DNA of 35,961 nt from an uncultured Bacilli bacterium (GTDB lineage: Bacteria > Bacillota_I > Bacilli_A > RF39 > UBA660). Positions 28,085-35,961 of the stretch are shown here, one piece after another. The position numbers were made by a program, and so were the translations under genes. The DNA lies in assembly GCA_944359025.1 (NCBI GenBank), contig CALVSM010000003.1:1-35961 (forward strand), given 5' to 3'. The stretch's first letter is position 1. Every line of letters starts with the position of its first letter. The notes under the pieces were generated by a model. The model did not search any database, was not told where the DNA came from, and saw only the letters and a list, made by a program, of their open reading frames with translations.

Positions 28085-29080
28085 CTATTTTACTATCCAA
28101 GCATTAGGTAAACTTCGCTCACCTGTAGCTGAATAAGCAACTGGATGATTATAAACTTTACCATTAATGGCTAAAACACTAGAAGCACCACCATCTAAAT
28201 TAGCAGCATTATATGCTCCATATCTTTTAAAAATATTAATCATATCGATAACGGTAGCACCACCTCTAAAGCCATATTTATTGCCATTTCCTTCAATAGT
28301 TAAAAATAAAATTATTCCATCTTTTCTTTGTCCAATAGCTGTTCTTGGATTAACGCCATATCCACCATTACCTTGCGTAAAAGATGCTTTACCATTAACA
28401 ATTAAAAAGGGACCAAAACAAACAGCATCTCTAATTCCCATTTTAATAGCTTCTTCAGCTGTCATATAACCTAAAGTTAAAACATTATCTTTACTTATGC
28501 CAATAACTGAGTCTCTAATTCCATTAGCATCTTCAATTATTTTACCATTAGATATAAATATAGAATTAGCTTTAGCGCCATTACCCTGACCGCCCACATC
28601 AGAAAATCTACCACCATTAATAGCAACTATTGCATTGTTTTCTTGAGCCATCACGGATAAATGTTGTCCTTTAGTTCCATAAAATCTACTTTTAACGGTT
28701 GACACTCTAGAAGCATCATAAATAACGGTTAAATAAACGTGGTAATCTTTTTCATCAAACTCGATTATTTTATATAATTGACCTTCATCTCTTTTTAATA
28801 TTTGTTCTTCATAAATTGATTCATAAACAAGAGGATCATCATTATCAAATTCTATTTCTCCCGGATTAGTTTCTTCGCCAGTTTCTTCTAAATAATTTTT
28901 ACTTAAAATTTCTTTAATCTGTTCATCACTATATAAAATATAAGCTAAATACTTATGGCTTTTAGTATCCATCGCAGTTGTGACAAACATATCACGAAAA
29001 CCACTATAAGGACCATATGCTAACAATAAGCAAAAAATAGCAATAATATCCAAAATAGCTAAAATTATTACTTTTTTCAT
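28085..29080 (-). CDS. Phosphodiester glycosidase (NAGPA/DUF2233, EpsL-like) family membrane-anchored protein
   Basis: VTTAM.T.SH.YLA, AINGG.F, GPFLIVNG, NPRTAIGQ..DG, AANLDGGASS. Confidence 0.88.
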   Translation of the reverse strand: MKKVIILAILDIIAIFCLLLAYGPYSGFRDMFVTTAMDTKSHKYLAYILYSDEQIKEILSKNYLEETGEETNPGEIEFDNDDPLVYESIYEEQILKRDEGQLYKIIEFDEKDYHVYLTVIYDASRVSTVKSRFYGTKGQHLSVMAQENNAIVAINGGRFSDVGGQGNGAKANSIFISNGKIIEDANGIRDSVIGISKDNVLTLGYMTAEEAIKMGIRDAVCFGPFLIVNGKASFTQGNGGYGVNPRTAIGQRKDGIILFLTIEGNGNKYGFRGGATVIDMINIFKRYGAYNAANLDGGASSVLAINGKVYNHPVAYSATGERSLPNAWIVK

Positions 29081-29177
29081 ACGACATCACCTCATGGTTA
29101 TATAAAAATAGATAAATCTTCCAACGTAAAAAAATACCATAAAACTTAAAAATATTATGCTAACAGTTATAAAAATT

Positions 29178-30665
29178 TTAGTTATTTTTTCTTTCAATTA
29201 GAATTTCCCCTGTCATTTCTTTAGGTATTTTTTCCTTTAATAAATAAAGTATGGTTGGAGCGATATCTCCCAATTTACCATTTTTTAATTTACAATTTTT
29301 CGTTATTAAAAACGGTACTTTATTAGTGGTATGACTTGTTAAAATATTATTATTAGAATCGATCATTTCTTCACAATTACCATGATCAGCAGTAATCATC
29401 ATTATTCCATTTAAACTAATAATTTTTTCATATAGTTTATATACACATTCATCTAATGTTTCCACAGCTTTAATCGCCGCATCTAAATTACCGGTATGAC
29501 CTACCATATCACCATTGGCAAAATTCAAAATTATAATATCATAATTATCTATTTTTTCTAATAAAGTATCGGTTATTTCATAAGCGCTCATCTCTGGCTT
29601 TAAATCATAAGTAGCTACTTTAGGGGAAGGTATTAATATTCGATCACAGTTTTTTAAATCTAATTCTTTTCCCCCATCAAAAAAATAAGTAACATGAGCA
29701 TATTTTTCTGTTTCGGCAATTCTTAATTGTTTATATCCTAATTTAGAAATATATTCACCTAATGGGTTAACTACTTCATTTAATTCATATATAGTATCAT
29801 TAATTACTTCATCACTTACTGGCATCATCGTTAATAATTTAATATTAACTTGTTTTTTTCTTTTAAACCCTTTAAAGCCTTTATTACTTAAAGCACTCCC
29901 TAATTCTCTTAATCTATCCGGCCTAAAGTTGAAGAAAATTATTCCATCATTATCATTAACGATACCATCTTCATCGATTAAACCAGGTAAAATAAATTCA
30001 TCAGTTATATTATTTTCATAATTAGATTTAATAGCTTCTTTAACACTTAAATATTTACTATCAGATGTACCAGTTATAACATCATATGTTTTTTCAATAC
30101 GATCATATCTATTGTCTCTATCCATCGCATAATATCTACCACTTATACTGGCTATAATACCATTTTTTAAATCTAATGATTCGATATAACTTAAACTACT
30201 ATTAGGTAAAGTATCTCTACCATCAGTAAAAATATGTAGACAAAAATTGACCTTGTTTTTATAACATAAATTAATTAAAGCTTGTAAATGATTTAAAGAT
30301 GAATGTACTCCGCCATCACTAACTAGTCCCATTAAATGTAATTTACTATTATTCTTTTTAACATAATCAAACATAGCTAATATTTTTTTATTTTGATTAA
30401 AGTTTTTATTTTTTATTTCTTGATTAATGTATTGAATACTTTGATAAACTATTCTTCCTGCGCCAATATTAGAATGCCCGACTTCACTATTACCCATTTG
30501 TCCTTTAGGTAGTCCTACTTTTTCTCCACTAGCTTCTAGTCTAGAACTAGGATACTTCTTAAATAATTCATCTAAATGCGGAGTATTAGCTAGTTTATAA
30601 GCATTTCCTTTAATATTTTTATTAATTCCTACTCCATCTAATATACATAATAATAATGGTTTCAT
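29178..30665 (-). CDS. gpmI: 2,3-bisphosphoglycerate-independent phosphoglycerate mutase
   Basis: ILDG, MGNSEVGH, GRYYAMDRD, AETEKYAHVT, DMVGHTG, TADHGN. Start at 30665 after RBS AGGAG. Confidence 0.97.
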   Translation of the reverse strand: MKPLLLCILDGVGINKNIKGNAYKLANTPHLDELFKKYPSSRLEASGEKVGLPKGQMGNSEVGHSNIGAGRIVYQSIQYINQEIKNKNFNQNKKILAMFDYVKKNNSKLHLMGLVSDGGVHSSLNHLQALINLCYKNKVNFCLHIFTDGRDTLPNSSLSYIESLDLKNGIIASISGRYYAMDRDNRYDRIEKTYDVITGTSDSKYLSVKEAIKSNYENNITDEFILPGLIDEDGIVNDNDGIIFFNFRPDRLRELGSALSNKGFKGFKRKKQVNIKLLTMMPVSDEVINDTIYELNEVVNPLGEYISKLGYKQLRIAETEKYAHVTYFFDGGKELDLKNCDRILIPSPKVATYDLKPEMSAYEITDTLLEKIDNYDIIILNFANGDMVGHTGNLDAAIKAVETLDECVYKLYEKIISLNGIMMITADHGNCEEMIDSNNNILTSHTTNKVPFLITKNCKLKNGKLGDIAPTILYLLKEKIPKEMTGEILIERKNN

Positions 30666-30721
30666 TAAATCAACTCCTATTATATTATACATTATTTAAT
30701 CTAAAATTCAAACCAATTATT

Positions 30722-30749
30722 TAAAAACCTTGTCTTTTAAAACAAGGTT
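30722..30749 (-). terminator. Intrinsic terminator after the HD-domain gene
   Basis: AACCTTGT...ACAAGGTT hairpin followed by TTT on the - strand. Confidence 0.7.
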
Positions 30750-31635
30750 ATCTAATAGTAATTCCATCACTATTTTTAACTTTTTCATCTAACTTTTGAA
30801 TCGTAACATCAAAAGCATCTAAAACATAAGGATTATTTCTTTTTTCTTTGAGACGATGTAATATATTTTCTTCTTTAATCACTTCGGCTACACTTAATAA
30901 TTTAATTTGATTAATAAAGCTTAATCTAACTAATTCTCCGACATTATTGTTCCATAAGCCTTTTGCTTTTAATTCAGCTATATTTAAATATTCTCCTTTA
31001 TAAAACATAGCAAACACTTTAGAATCTATTTTAGAATCACATTTACTAGGTGTCCAACGACCATCCAAGATTTGATGATATATATCAAGACGATCGACAT
31101 CTTGAACAATTTGGGTAATTGTATCGATTACTTTTCTTTTAGTATCTATATCGGCTTTTAAGAAAAATTCATAAGCATCTTCACTTTTAAGTAAATCACT
31201 ACATAAAACTAACAAAGATTTTGAATCGACGATTTTAGTTACATGGTCGTTAACAACATCGCTAATAGCTTCATCAAATACTCTCGTATTAGGAATTTGT
31301 TGTTTAATTAACCCCGATAATAAAACTACTTTACCTAAATCACCATGATTTTTATAACCATAATTAATTAATTTAGTATCATCAAAAGTAGCAGTATAAC
31401 GGGCCTGTCTAAATCGGCCAATATCATGATCTAAAAAAGTTATACGCGCTAATTCTTTAAAAGAATCATTAAAGCCTAATTTTTCTAAAACTTTAGTTCC
31501 ATCAGATACAACTTCATGGGAATGAACTATTTTCCGTTCCATTAAAGCTATAATTTGATCTTTGTCGCCAATGATACTCTTTTTTTCTAATTCAATATGC
31601 TTTTTAAAATATTCTAATGCATTTAAGTATAGCAT
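30748..31635 (-). CDS. HD-domain phosphohydrolase
   Basis: K..HS..V, HDIGRF.Q, HG..G, H...D.DRLDI pattern of HD proteins. Confidence 0.8.
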   Translation of the reverse strand: MLYLNALEYFKKHIELEKKSIIGDKDQIIALMERKIVHSHEVVSDGTKVLEKLGFNDSFKELARITFLDHDIGRFRQARYTATFDDTKLINYGYKNHGDLGKVVLLSGLIKQQIPNTRVFDEAISDVVNDHVTKIVDSKSLLVLCSDLLKSEDAYEFFLKADIDTKRKVIDTITQIVQDVDRLDIYHQILDGRWTPSKCDSKIDSKVFAMFYKGEYLNIAELKAKGLWNNNVGELVRLSFINQIKLLSVAEVIKEENILHRLKEKRNNPYVLDAFDVTIQKLDEKVKNSDGITIR

Positions 31636-31662
31636 AATCATCCCTCTTTTAATTAGGGCTTT

Positions 31663-31691
31663 ACTTTATCATAAATAATAACTATTGTCAA
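31663..31691 (-). promoter_or_regulatory. Putative sigma-A promoter for the HD gene
   Basis: TTGACA (31691-31686, overlapping the rbfA stop), N17, TGaTAAAGT. Confidence 0.6.
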
Positions 31692-32032
31692 ATTTCGTCT
31701 TCGTGAATTTTATCGATTATATCTTCTATTTTTTTACCATATTCAATCGATTCATCATAGACAAATTCTAATTCGGGAGTATGTCTTATATCGATTCTTT
31801 CCGCTAATTCACGACGGATAAAGCCACTAGCATCTTTTAAAACCTTTAAAGTAGTTTCTTTTTTAGCATCATCTAAAACAGTAACGTATATTTTAGCATA
31901 ACTTAAATCACTACTTAATTTACAATCAGTAACAGTTACGAATTTAATATCAGCATCTTTAATCTCATAAGCTAAAATATAACTTATTTCTTTAACAATA
32001 TTACTAGCAATTCGGTCTATTTTAACACTCAT
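31688..32032 (-). CDS. rbfA: Ribosome-binding factor A
   Basis: [41 protein letters not shown]. Confidence 0.96.
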   Translation of the reverse strand: MSVKIDRIASNIVKEISYILAYEIKDADIKFVTVTDCKLSSDLSYAKIYVTVLDDAKKETTLKVLKDASGFIRRELAERIDIRHTPELEFVYDESIEYGKKIEDIIDKIHEDEI

Positions 32033-34101
32033 CTTTGAATCTCCACCATTTCATAAGCTTCGATGATATCGTTTTCTCTAATATCGTTATAGTTTTCAAT
32101 TGTAATACCACATTCTAAACCTTTTTTAACTTCTTTAACGGAATCTTTTTCTCTTTGAATAGAATTGATATTACCATCATAAATAACGACACCATCGCGA
32201 ATTAAACGTACTTTACTATCTCTTTTAATAATACCATCAGTTACATAAGATCCAGCAATAGTTCCCACTTTTGAAAATTTAAATATTTTTCTAACCTCAG
32301 CTGTACCTAATATTTTTTCTTCAAAAATAGGTTCTAGCATGCCTTTCATTGCTGCTTCCATTTCTTCAACTACTTTGTAAATGATATTATATAATCTAAT
32401 TTCGACACCTTGATCTTTAGCGTATTCTTTTAAAGTATTATTTGGTCTTACATTAAAACCAATTACAATAGCATTACTAGCTTTAGCTAAGACAATATCA
32501 CTTTCTTTAATAGCACCAACACTACTTCTTATTACATTAACTTTAACGCCTTCAACATCTAGTTTTTCTAAAGCATTTTTAACAGCTTCACTACTACCAT
32601 TAACATCAGCTTTGATAATAACATTTATTTCTTTATTACCTTCTTTAATTTTATTAAATAAGTCATCTAAAGTAACGGCTTTAGTTGGATTTTGGTCTTT
32701 AATTTTAGCCATTTCTTTTCTTTTGATAGCAATATTACGTGCTTCTTTTTCTGATTCAAATGCCATAAATTTATCCCCAGCATTAGGTACTTCATTAATT
32801 CCTGTAATTTCAACTGGTTGTGATAAATAAGTGGAAGTTAAGTCCTTACCTTTATCATCTTTTAAAGTTCTAATTTTACCATAAGCATGACCAACGACAA
32901 TTGGATCACCTAATCTTAAAGTACCGTTTTGAACTAAAACTGTTACAATTGGACCTAAATGTTTATCTAATCTTGATTCTACTACTGTTCCAACGGCATA
33001 ACGATTAGGGTTTGCTCGATAATTATTCATCTCTGATACTAATAAAATATTATCTAATAAATCACTAATGCCTTCGCCCGTCTTAGCCGAAATCAAACTA
33101 ACTAAAGTATCTCCTCCCCAAGATTCAGGAGTAAGCCCATGTTCAGTTAATTGGGTTAAAACTCTTTCGACATTAGCTTCTGGTTTATCAATTTTATTAA
33201 TAGCGACAATAATTGGTACATTAGCAGCTTTAGCATGATCAATTACTTCTTCAGTTTGTGGCATAATACCATCATCAGCAGCAACTATAATAACAACAAT
33301 ATCAGTAATACTAGCTCCCCTAGCTCGCATTTCGGTAAATGCTGCATGCCCTGGAGTATCGATAAAAGTGACATAATTATCATTAACTTTTACTTGATAG
33401 GCACTAATAGCTTGCGTAATTCCGCCAGCTTCACCACTTGCAACATCCGTTTTTCTAATCGCATCTAATAAAGTTGTTTTACCATGATCAACATGGCCCA
33501 TAACCGTTACAACAGGTGGTCTTTTAATTAAATCTTCTTCTTTGTCGATTATTTCGTATTCTTCAAAATTAGTAACATCAGCAGTTTCTTCTCTTTTTAA
33601 TTCTTTGTTATAATCGATAGCCAATAATTCTGCATTTTCAAAACTAATACTATTATTAATAGTTGCCATAATACCTAAAGAAAACAACTTTTTAACTAAT
33701 TCACTACTATTTACTCCCAAACTATTTGCAAGTTCGCCAACAGTCATATTATCTTTATATAAAACAACATTATCATCACTAGCATTAGTCATTAATTTAG
33801 ATTTGTTTTTATACATTTCTTTTTTCTTTTGTTGAAAATCTTTTTTACTAGGTTTAACATCTTGTTTTTTCTTTAATTTTTGTTTACTAACTGAATCTTC
33901 AACTTTAATATTTTTATTTTCGATAATTTCTTCGACAATATCGTCCATTTCTTCAAAATCAGCATTATCCAACATTACGATATCATCTTCACTCAATAAA
34001 TCATTTTCATCGGTAGCATCAATTCCTAACTCCTCACACATTTTAAGAATGTCTGCTATTGTTTTGTTTACATCATTAGCGTATTCTAATACACTCATCA
34101 T
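32029..34101 (-). CDS. infB: Translation initiation factor IF-2
   Basis: [38 protein letters not shown] at 34101 after RBS AGGAGGTG. Confidence 0.98.
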   Translation of the reverse strand: MMSVLEYANDVNKTIADILKMCEELGIDATDENDLLSEDDIVMLDNADFEEMDDIVEEIIENKNIKVEDSVSKQKLKKKQDVKPSKKDFQQKKKEMYKNKSKLMTNASDDNVVLYKDNMTVGELANSLGVNSSELVKKLFSLGIMATINNSISFENAELLAIDYNKELKREETADVTNFEEYEIIDKEEDLIKRPPVVTVMGHVDHGKTTLLDAIRKTDVASGEAGGITQAISAYQVKVNDNYVTFIDTPGHAAFTEMRARGASITDIVVIIVAADDGIMPQTEEVIDHAKAANVPIIVAINKIDKPEANVERVLTQLTEHGLTPESWGGDTLVSLISAKTGEGISDLLDNILLVSEMNNYRANPNRYAVGTVVESRLDKHLGPIVTVLVQNGTLRLGDPIVVGHAYGKIRTLKDDKGKDLTSTYLSQPVEITGINEVPNAGDKFMAFESEKEARNIAIKRKEMAKIKDQNPTKAVTLDDLFNKIKEGNKEINVIIKADVNGSSEAVKNALEKLDVEGVKVNVIRSSVGAIKESDIVLAKASNAIVIGFNVRPNNTLKEYAKDQGVEIRLYNIIYKVVEEMEAAMKGMLEPIFEEKILGTAEVRKIFKFSKVGTIAGSYVTDGIIKRDSKVRLIRDGVVIYDGNINSIQREKDSVKEVKKGLECGITIENYNDIRENDIIEAYEMVEIQR

Positions 34102-34113
34102 AATAAACACCTC

Positions 34114-34371
34114 CTATAATAAATTTTTTAATTCGTCATAAATCGCATCCTTAACCTCAATTTCTAAAATTCTATCTAAAATTTTACTTTTTTTAGCTTT
34201 TTCAAATACAGCTAAATCTTTTTTTAAATAAGCGCCACGTCCATTAGCTTTACCAGTTAAATCAATTACTACATCGTATTCTGGTGTCCTAACTACTCTA
34301 ACCAATTCCATTTTGGGTAATTTTTCTTTAGTTACAACACAAGTTCGCATTGGTATTTTTTTTACTTTCAA
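34114..34371 (-). CDS. ylxR: YlxR/RnpM (DUF448) nucleic-acid-binding protein
   Basis: KKIPMRTCV...LVRVVR...GKANGRGAY. TTG start after RBS GAGGTG. Confidence 0.92.
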   Translation of the reverse strand: MKVKKIPMRTCVVTKEKLPKMELVRVVRTPEYDVVIDLTGKANGRGAYLKKDLAVFEKAKKSKILDRILEIEVKDAIYDELKNLL

Positions 34372-34384
34372 ATTACTCACCTCA

Positions 34385-35542
34385 TTATGCGACAATATTA
34401 ATGCCCATTTCTTTAGCTTGTTCGATTGTTTTGATATCTAATTTATATTTAGTTAATCTTGAAGCTAATTTAACATTTAAACCTTTTTTCCCGATTGCTA
34501 AAGATAAATTATCATCATCAACGACAACTAAAGCTTCTTGTTTTTTCTCGTCAGTTATAAAAACATGTAGATTTTTAGCTGGTGATAAAGCATTTTCAAT
34601 AAATTTAACTTTATCAGTTGTATAAGCTACTATATCAACTTTTTCTGGTCCTAATTCTTTTAATATATTAGCGATTCTCATTCCTTTTTCACCAATACAA
34701 GAACCAATTGGATCGACATTAGAATTTTCGGAATAAACAGCTATTTTAGTTCTAACACCAGCTTCACGTGCTACACTGTAAACTAAAATAATACCTTCGT
34801 TAATTTCAGGAATTTCTAATTCAAATAATCTTTTAACAAACCCATAATGATTACGTGATAATAAAATAAATGGTCCTTTACTTGTACTTTCCACTTTAGT
34901 GACATATACTTTAATACTTGAACCCATTTTTATTTTCTCACCTGGAATAATTTCTGATTTTGGTAAAATTCCTTGGGTTCTTCCTAAATCAATATAATAG
35001 TTTCTTACATCTTCCATAGCAACTAAACCAGTAACTAATTCATCTTGTTTGTCAGCAAATTCATCCATAATAATCGTTTTTTCAGCTTCTTTTATTTTTT
35101 GAATAACTACTTGTTTAGCTGTAGCAGCTGCAACTCTACCAAAATCTCTTGGGGTTACTTCTTCTTCGATTGTTTCACCAACATTTATATCAGGTACAAT
35201 TTTTCTAGCTTCTTCTAAAGTAATATGAATACGTGGATCAAAAATATAAGGTTTTTCAACTTCAATCATTTTTCCTTCTTCTTCTGATTCTGTATCTTCT
35301 ACTTCGATCATAATTGGCTCTAAGGCTTCGTGTTCCTCATCTAAAACAACAGTCTTATAAGAATATACATGAATTTCTCCTTCTTCTTTATCAATAGAAA
35401 CCCGAACATTAGTTAATGATTTATAATTTTTTTTATAAGCTGATGTTAAAGCTAACTCTAATGCTTCATAAATAACATCTTCTTTTATTCCTTTTTCTTT
35501 AACTAATAAATTAACTGCTTTTTTAAACTCTTTAGTGTCCAT
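34385..35542 (-). CDS. nusA: Transcription termination/antitermination factor NusA
   Basis: FGRVAAATAKQV, S1 domain, REAG.RTKIAV, IGEKG.RI, LAIGKKGLNVKLA (KH domains). Start MDTKEF after RBS GGAAGTG. Confidence 0.97.
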   Translation of the reverse strand: MDTKEFKKAVNLLVKEKGIKEDVIYEALELALTSAYKKNYKSLTNVRVSIDKEEGEIHVYSYKTVVLDEEHEALEPIMIEVEDTESEEEGKMIEVEKPYIFDPRIHITLEEARKIVPDINVGETIEEEVTPRDFGRVAAATAKQVVIQKIKEAEKTIIMDEFADKQDELVTGLVAMEDVRNYYIDLGRTQGILPKSEIIPGEKIKMGSSIKVYVTKVESTSKGPFILLSRNHYGFVKRLFELEIPEINEGIILVYSVAREAGVRTKIAVYSENSNVDPIGSCIGEKGMRIANILKELGPEKVDIVAYTTDKVKFIENALSPAKNLHVFITDEKKQEALVVVDDDNLSLAIGKKGLNVKLASRLTKYKLDIKTIEQAKEMGINIVA

Positions 35543-35543
35543 T

Positions 35544-35795
35544 TTATTCACTTCCTTTCTCTTTAGAACAAATATCCACAATATAACTTTCGTCGATAAA
35601 ATCAATATTGTCTAAAATTGGGTCTAAAACTTCATTAACTTTAACACAATCGTTAACATTAATTAACCCTTCGTTTTTATCGATAACGATTCTTAAAAAA
35701 TTAGTATTGTTTTCTTGGATGTACATAACATCATCTAAAATATACCCTGCATCAATAATTGGTTTTTCAATTAAATCTCTTATTTTTTCTATCAT
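35544..35795 (-). CDS. rimP: Ribosome maturation factor RimP, N-terminal domain only (83 aa)
   Basis: GYILDDV...FLRIVIDK..G.INVNDC..V...LD...YIVDICS. First gene of the nusA operon; RBS GGAGG. Confidence 0.8.
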   Translation of the reverse strand: MIEKIRDLIEKPIIDAGYILDDVMYIQENNTNFLRIVIDKNEGLINVNDCVKVNEVLDPILDNIDFIDESYIVDICSKEKGSE

Positions 35796-35811
35796 AATTC
35801 CTCCAACTATA

Positions 35812-35840
35812 TTAAAGAGTGGGATTAAGTCCCACTCCTC
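35812..35840 (-). promoter_or_regulatory. rimP leader hairpin (attenuator-like)
   Basis: GAGTGGGA-cttaa-TCCCACTC followed by TTT, the conserved hairpin found upstream of rimP-nusA-infB. Extended -10 TGgTATAAT at 35862-35854. Confidence 0.8.
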
Positions 35841-35909
35841 ATGTAACACCAATATTATACCATATTTTTTTATATTTAAAACATTTTTATTAAAATAATA
35901 TGATTTCTT

Positions 35910-35960
35910 CTATAATTTTTTTAAAATCCCATTCTCAAGATCATCAATGTTATATATTGT
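35910..35960 (-). CDS. Possible 3' end of an upstream gene (...TIYNIDDLENGILKKL*)
   Basis: Open frame from the window edge to TAG at 35912-35910; too short to identify. Confidence 0.3.
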   Translation of the reverse strand, partial: TIYNIDDLENGILKKL

Positions 35961-35961
35961 T

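Noticed and set aside
29081-29177. Possible sporulation-sigma promoter (CATAATA) or small RNA upstream of the phosphodiester glycosidase gene
   Set aside because: No matching -35 element at the right spacing and no stable hairpin seen.

Overview
AT-rich (about 25% GC by eye) chromosomal window from a small-genome, walled Bacillota/Bacilli organism using genetic code 11. Gene content and compact operons suggest an RF39-like lineage; this is an inference. Most genes are housekeeping and on the - strand: rny (partial), recA, murC, obgE, rpmA-prp-rplU with an L21 leader, spoIVFA/B, pgsA, rodZ-like, RNase P RNA (type B), gpsB, nth, dnaD, nrnA-like, ackA, lysS, dusB, gpmI and the rimP-nusA-ylxR-infB-rbfA operon. 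recU-ponA and a HerA-type ATPase are on the + strand. No IS, prophage, tRNA, rRNA or CRISPR array was seen. The most notable items are: (1) a self-contained two-gene operon encoding RnfC plus an RnfD-FMN-binding (RnfG-like) fusion, with no rnfA/E/B, a candidate minimal trans-membrane electron conduit; (2) an orphan HerA ATPase between recA and rny; (3) a 680-aa Cys-rich secreted protein ending in a VirB2/TrbC pilin-like hairpin; (4) an unannotated 29-aa ORF beside inverted Spo0A-like boxes; (5) a lone receiver domain in the spo0B position; (6) a half-length RimP and a NusA with an acidic insertion; (7) an apparent window-wide excess of ATCGAT/TCGA.
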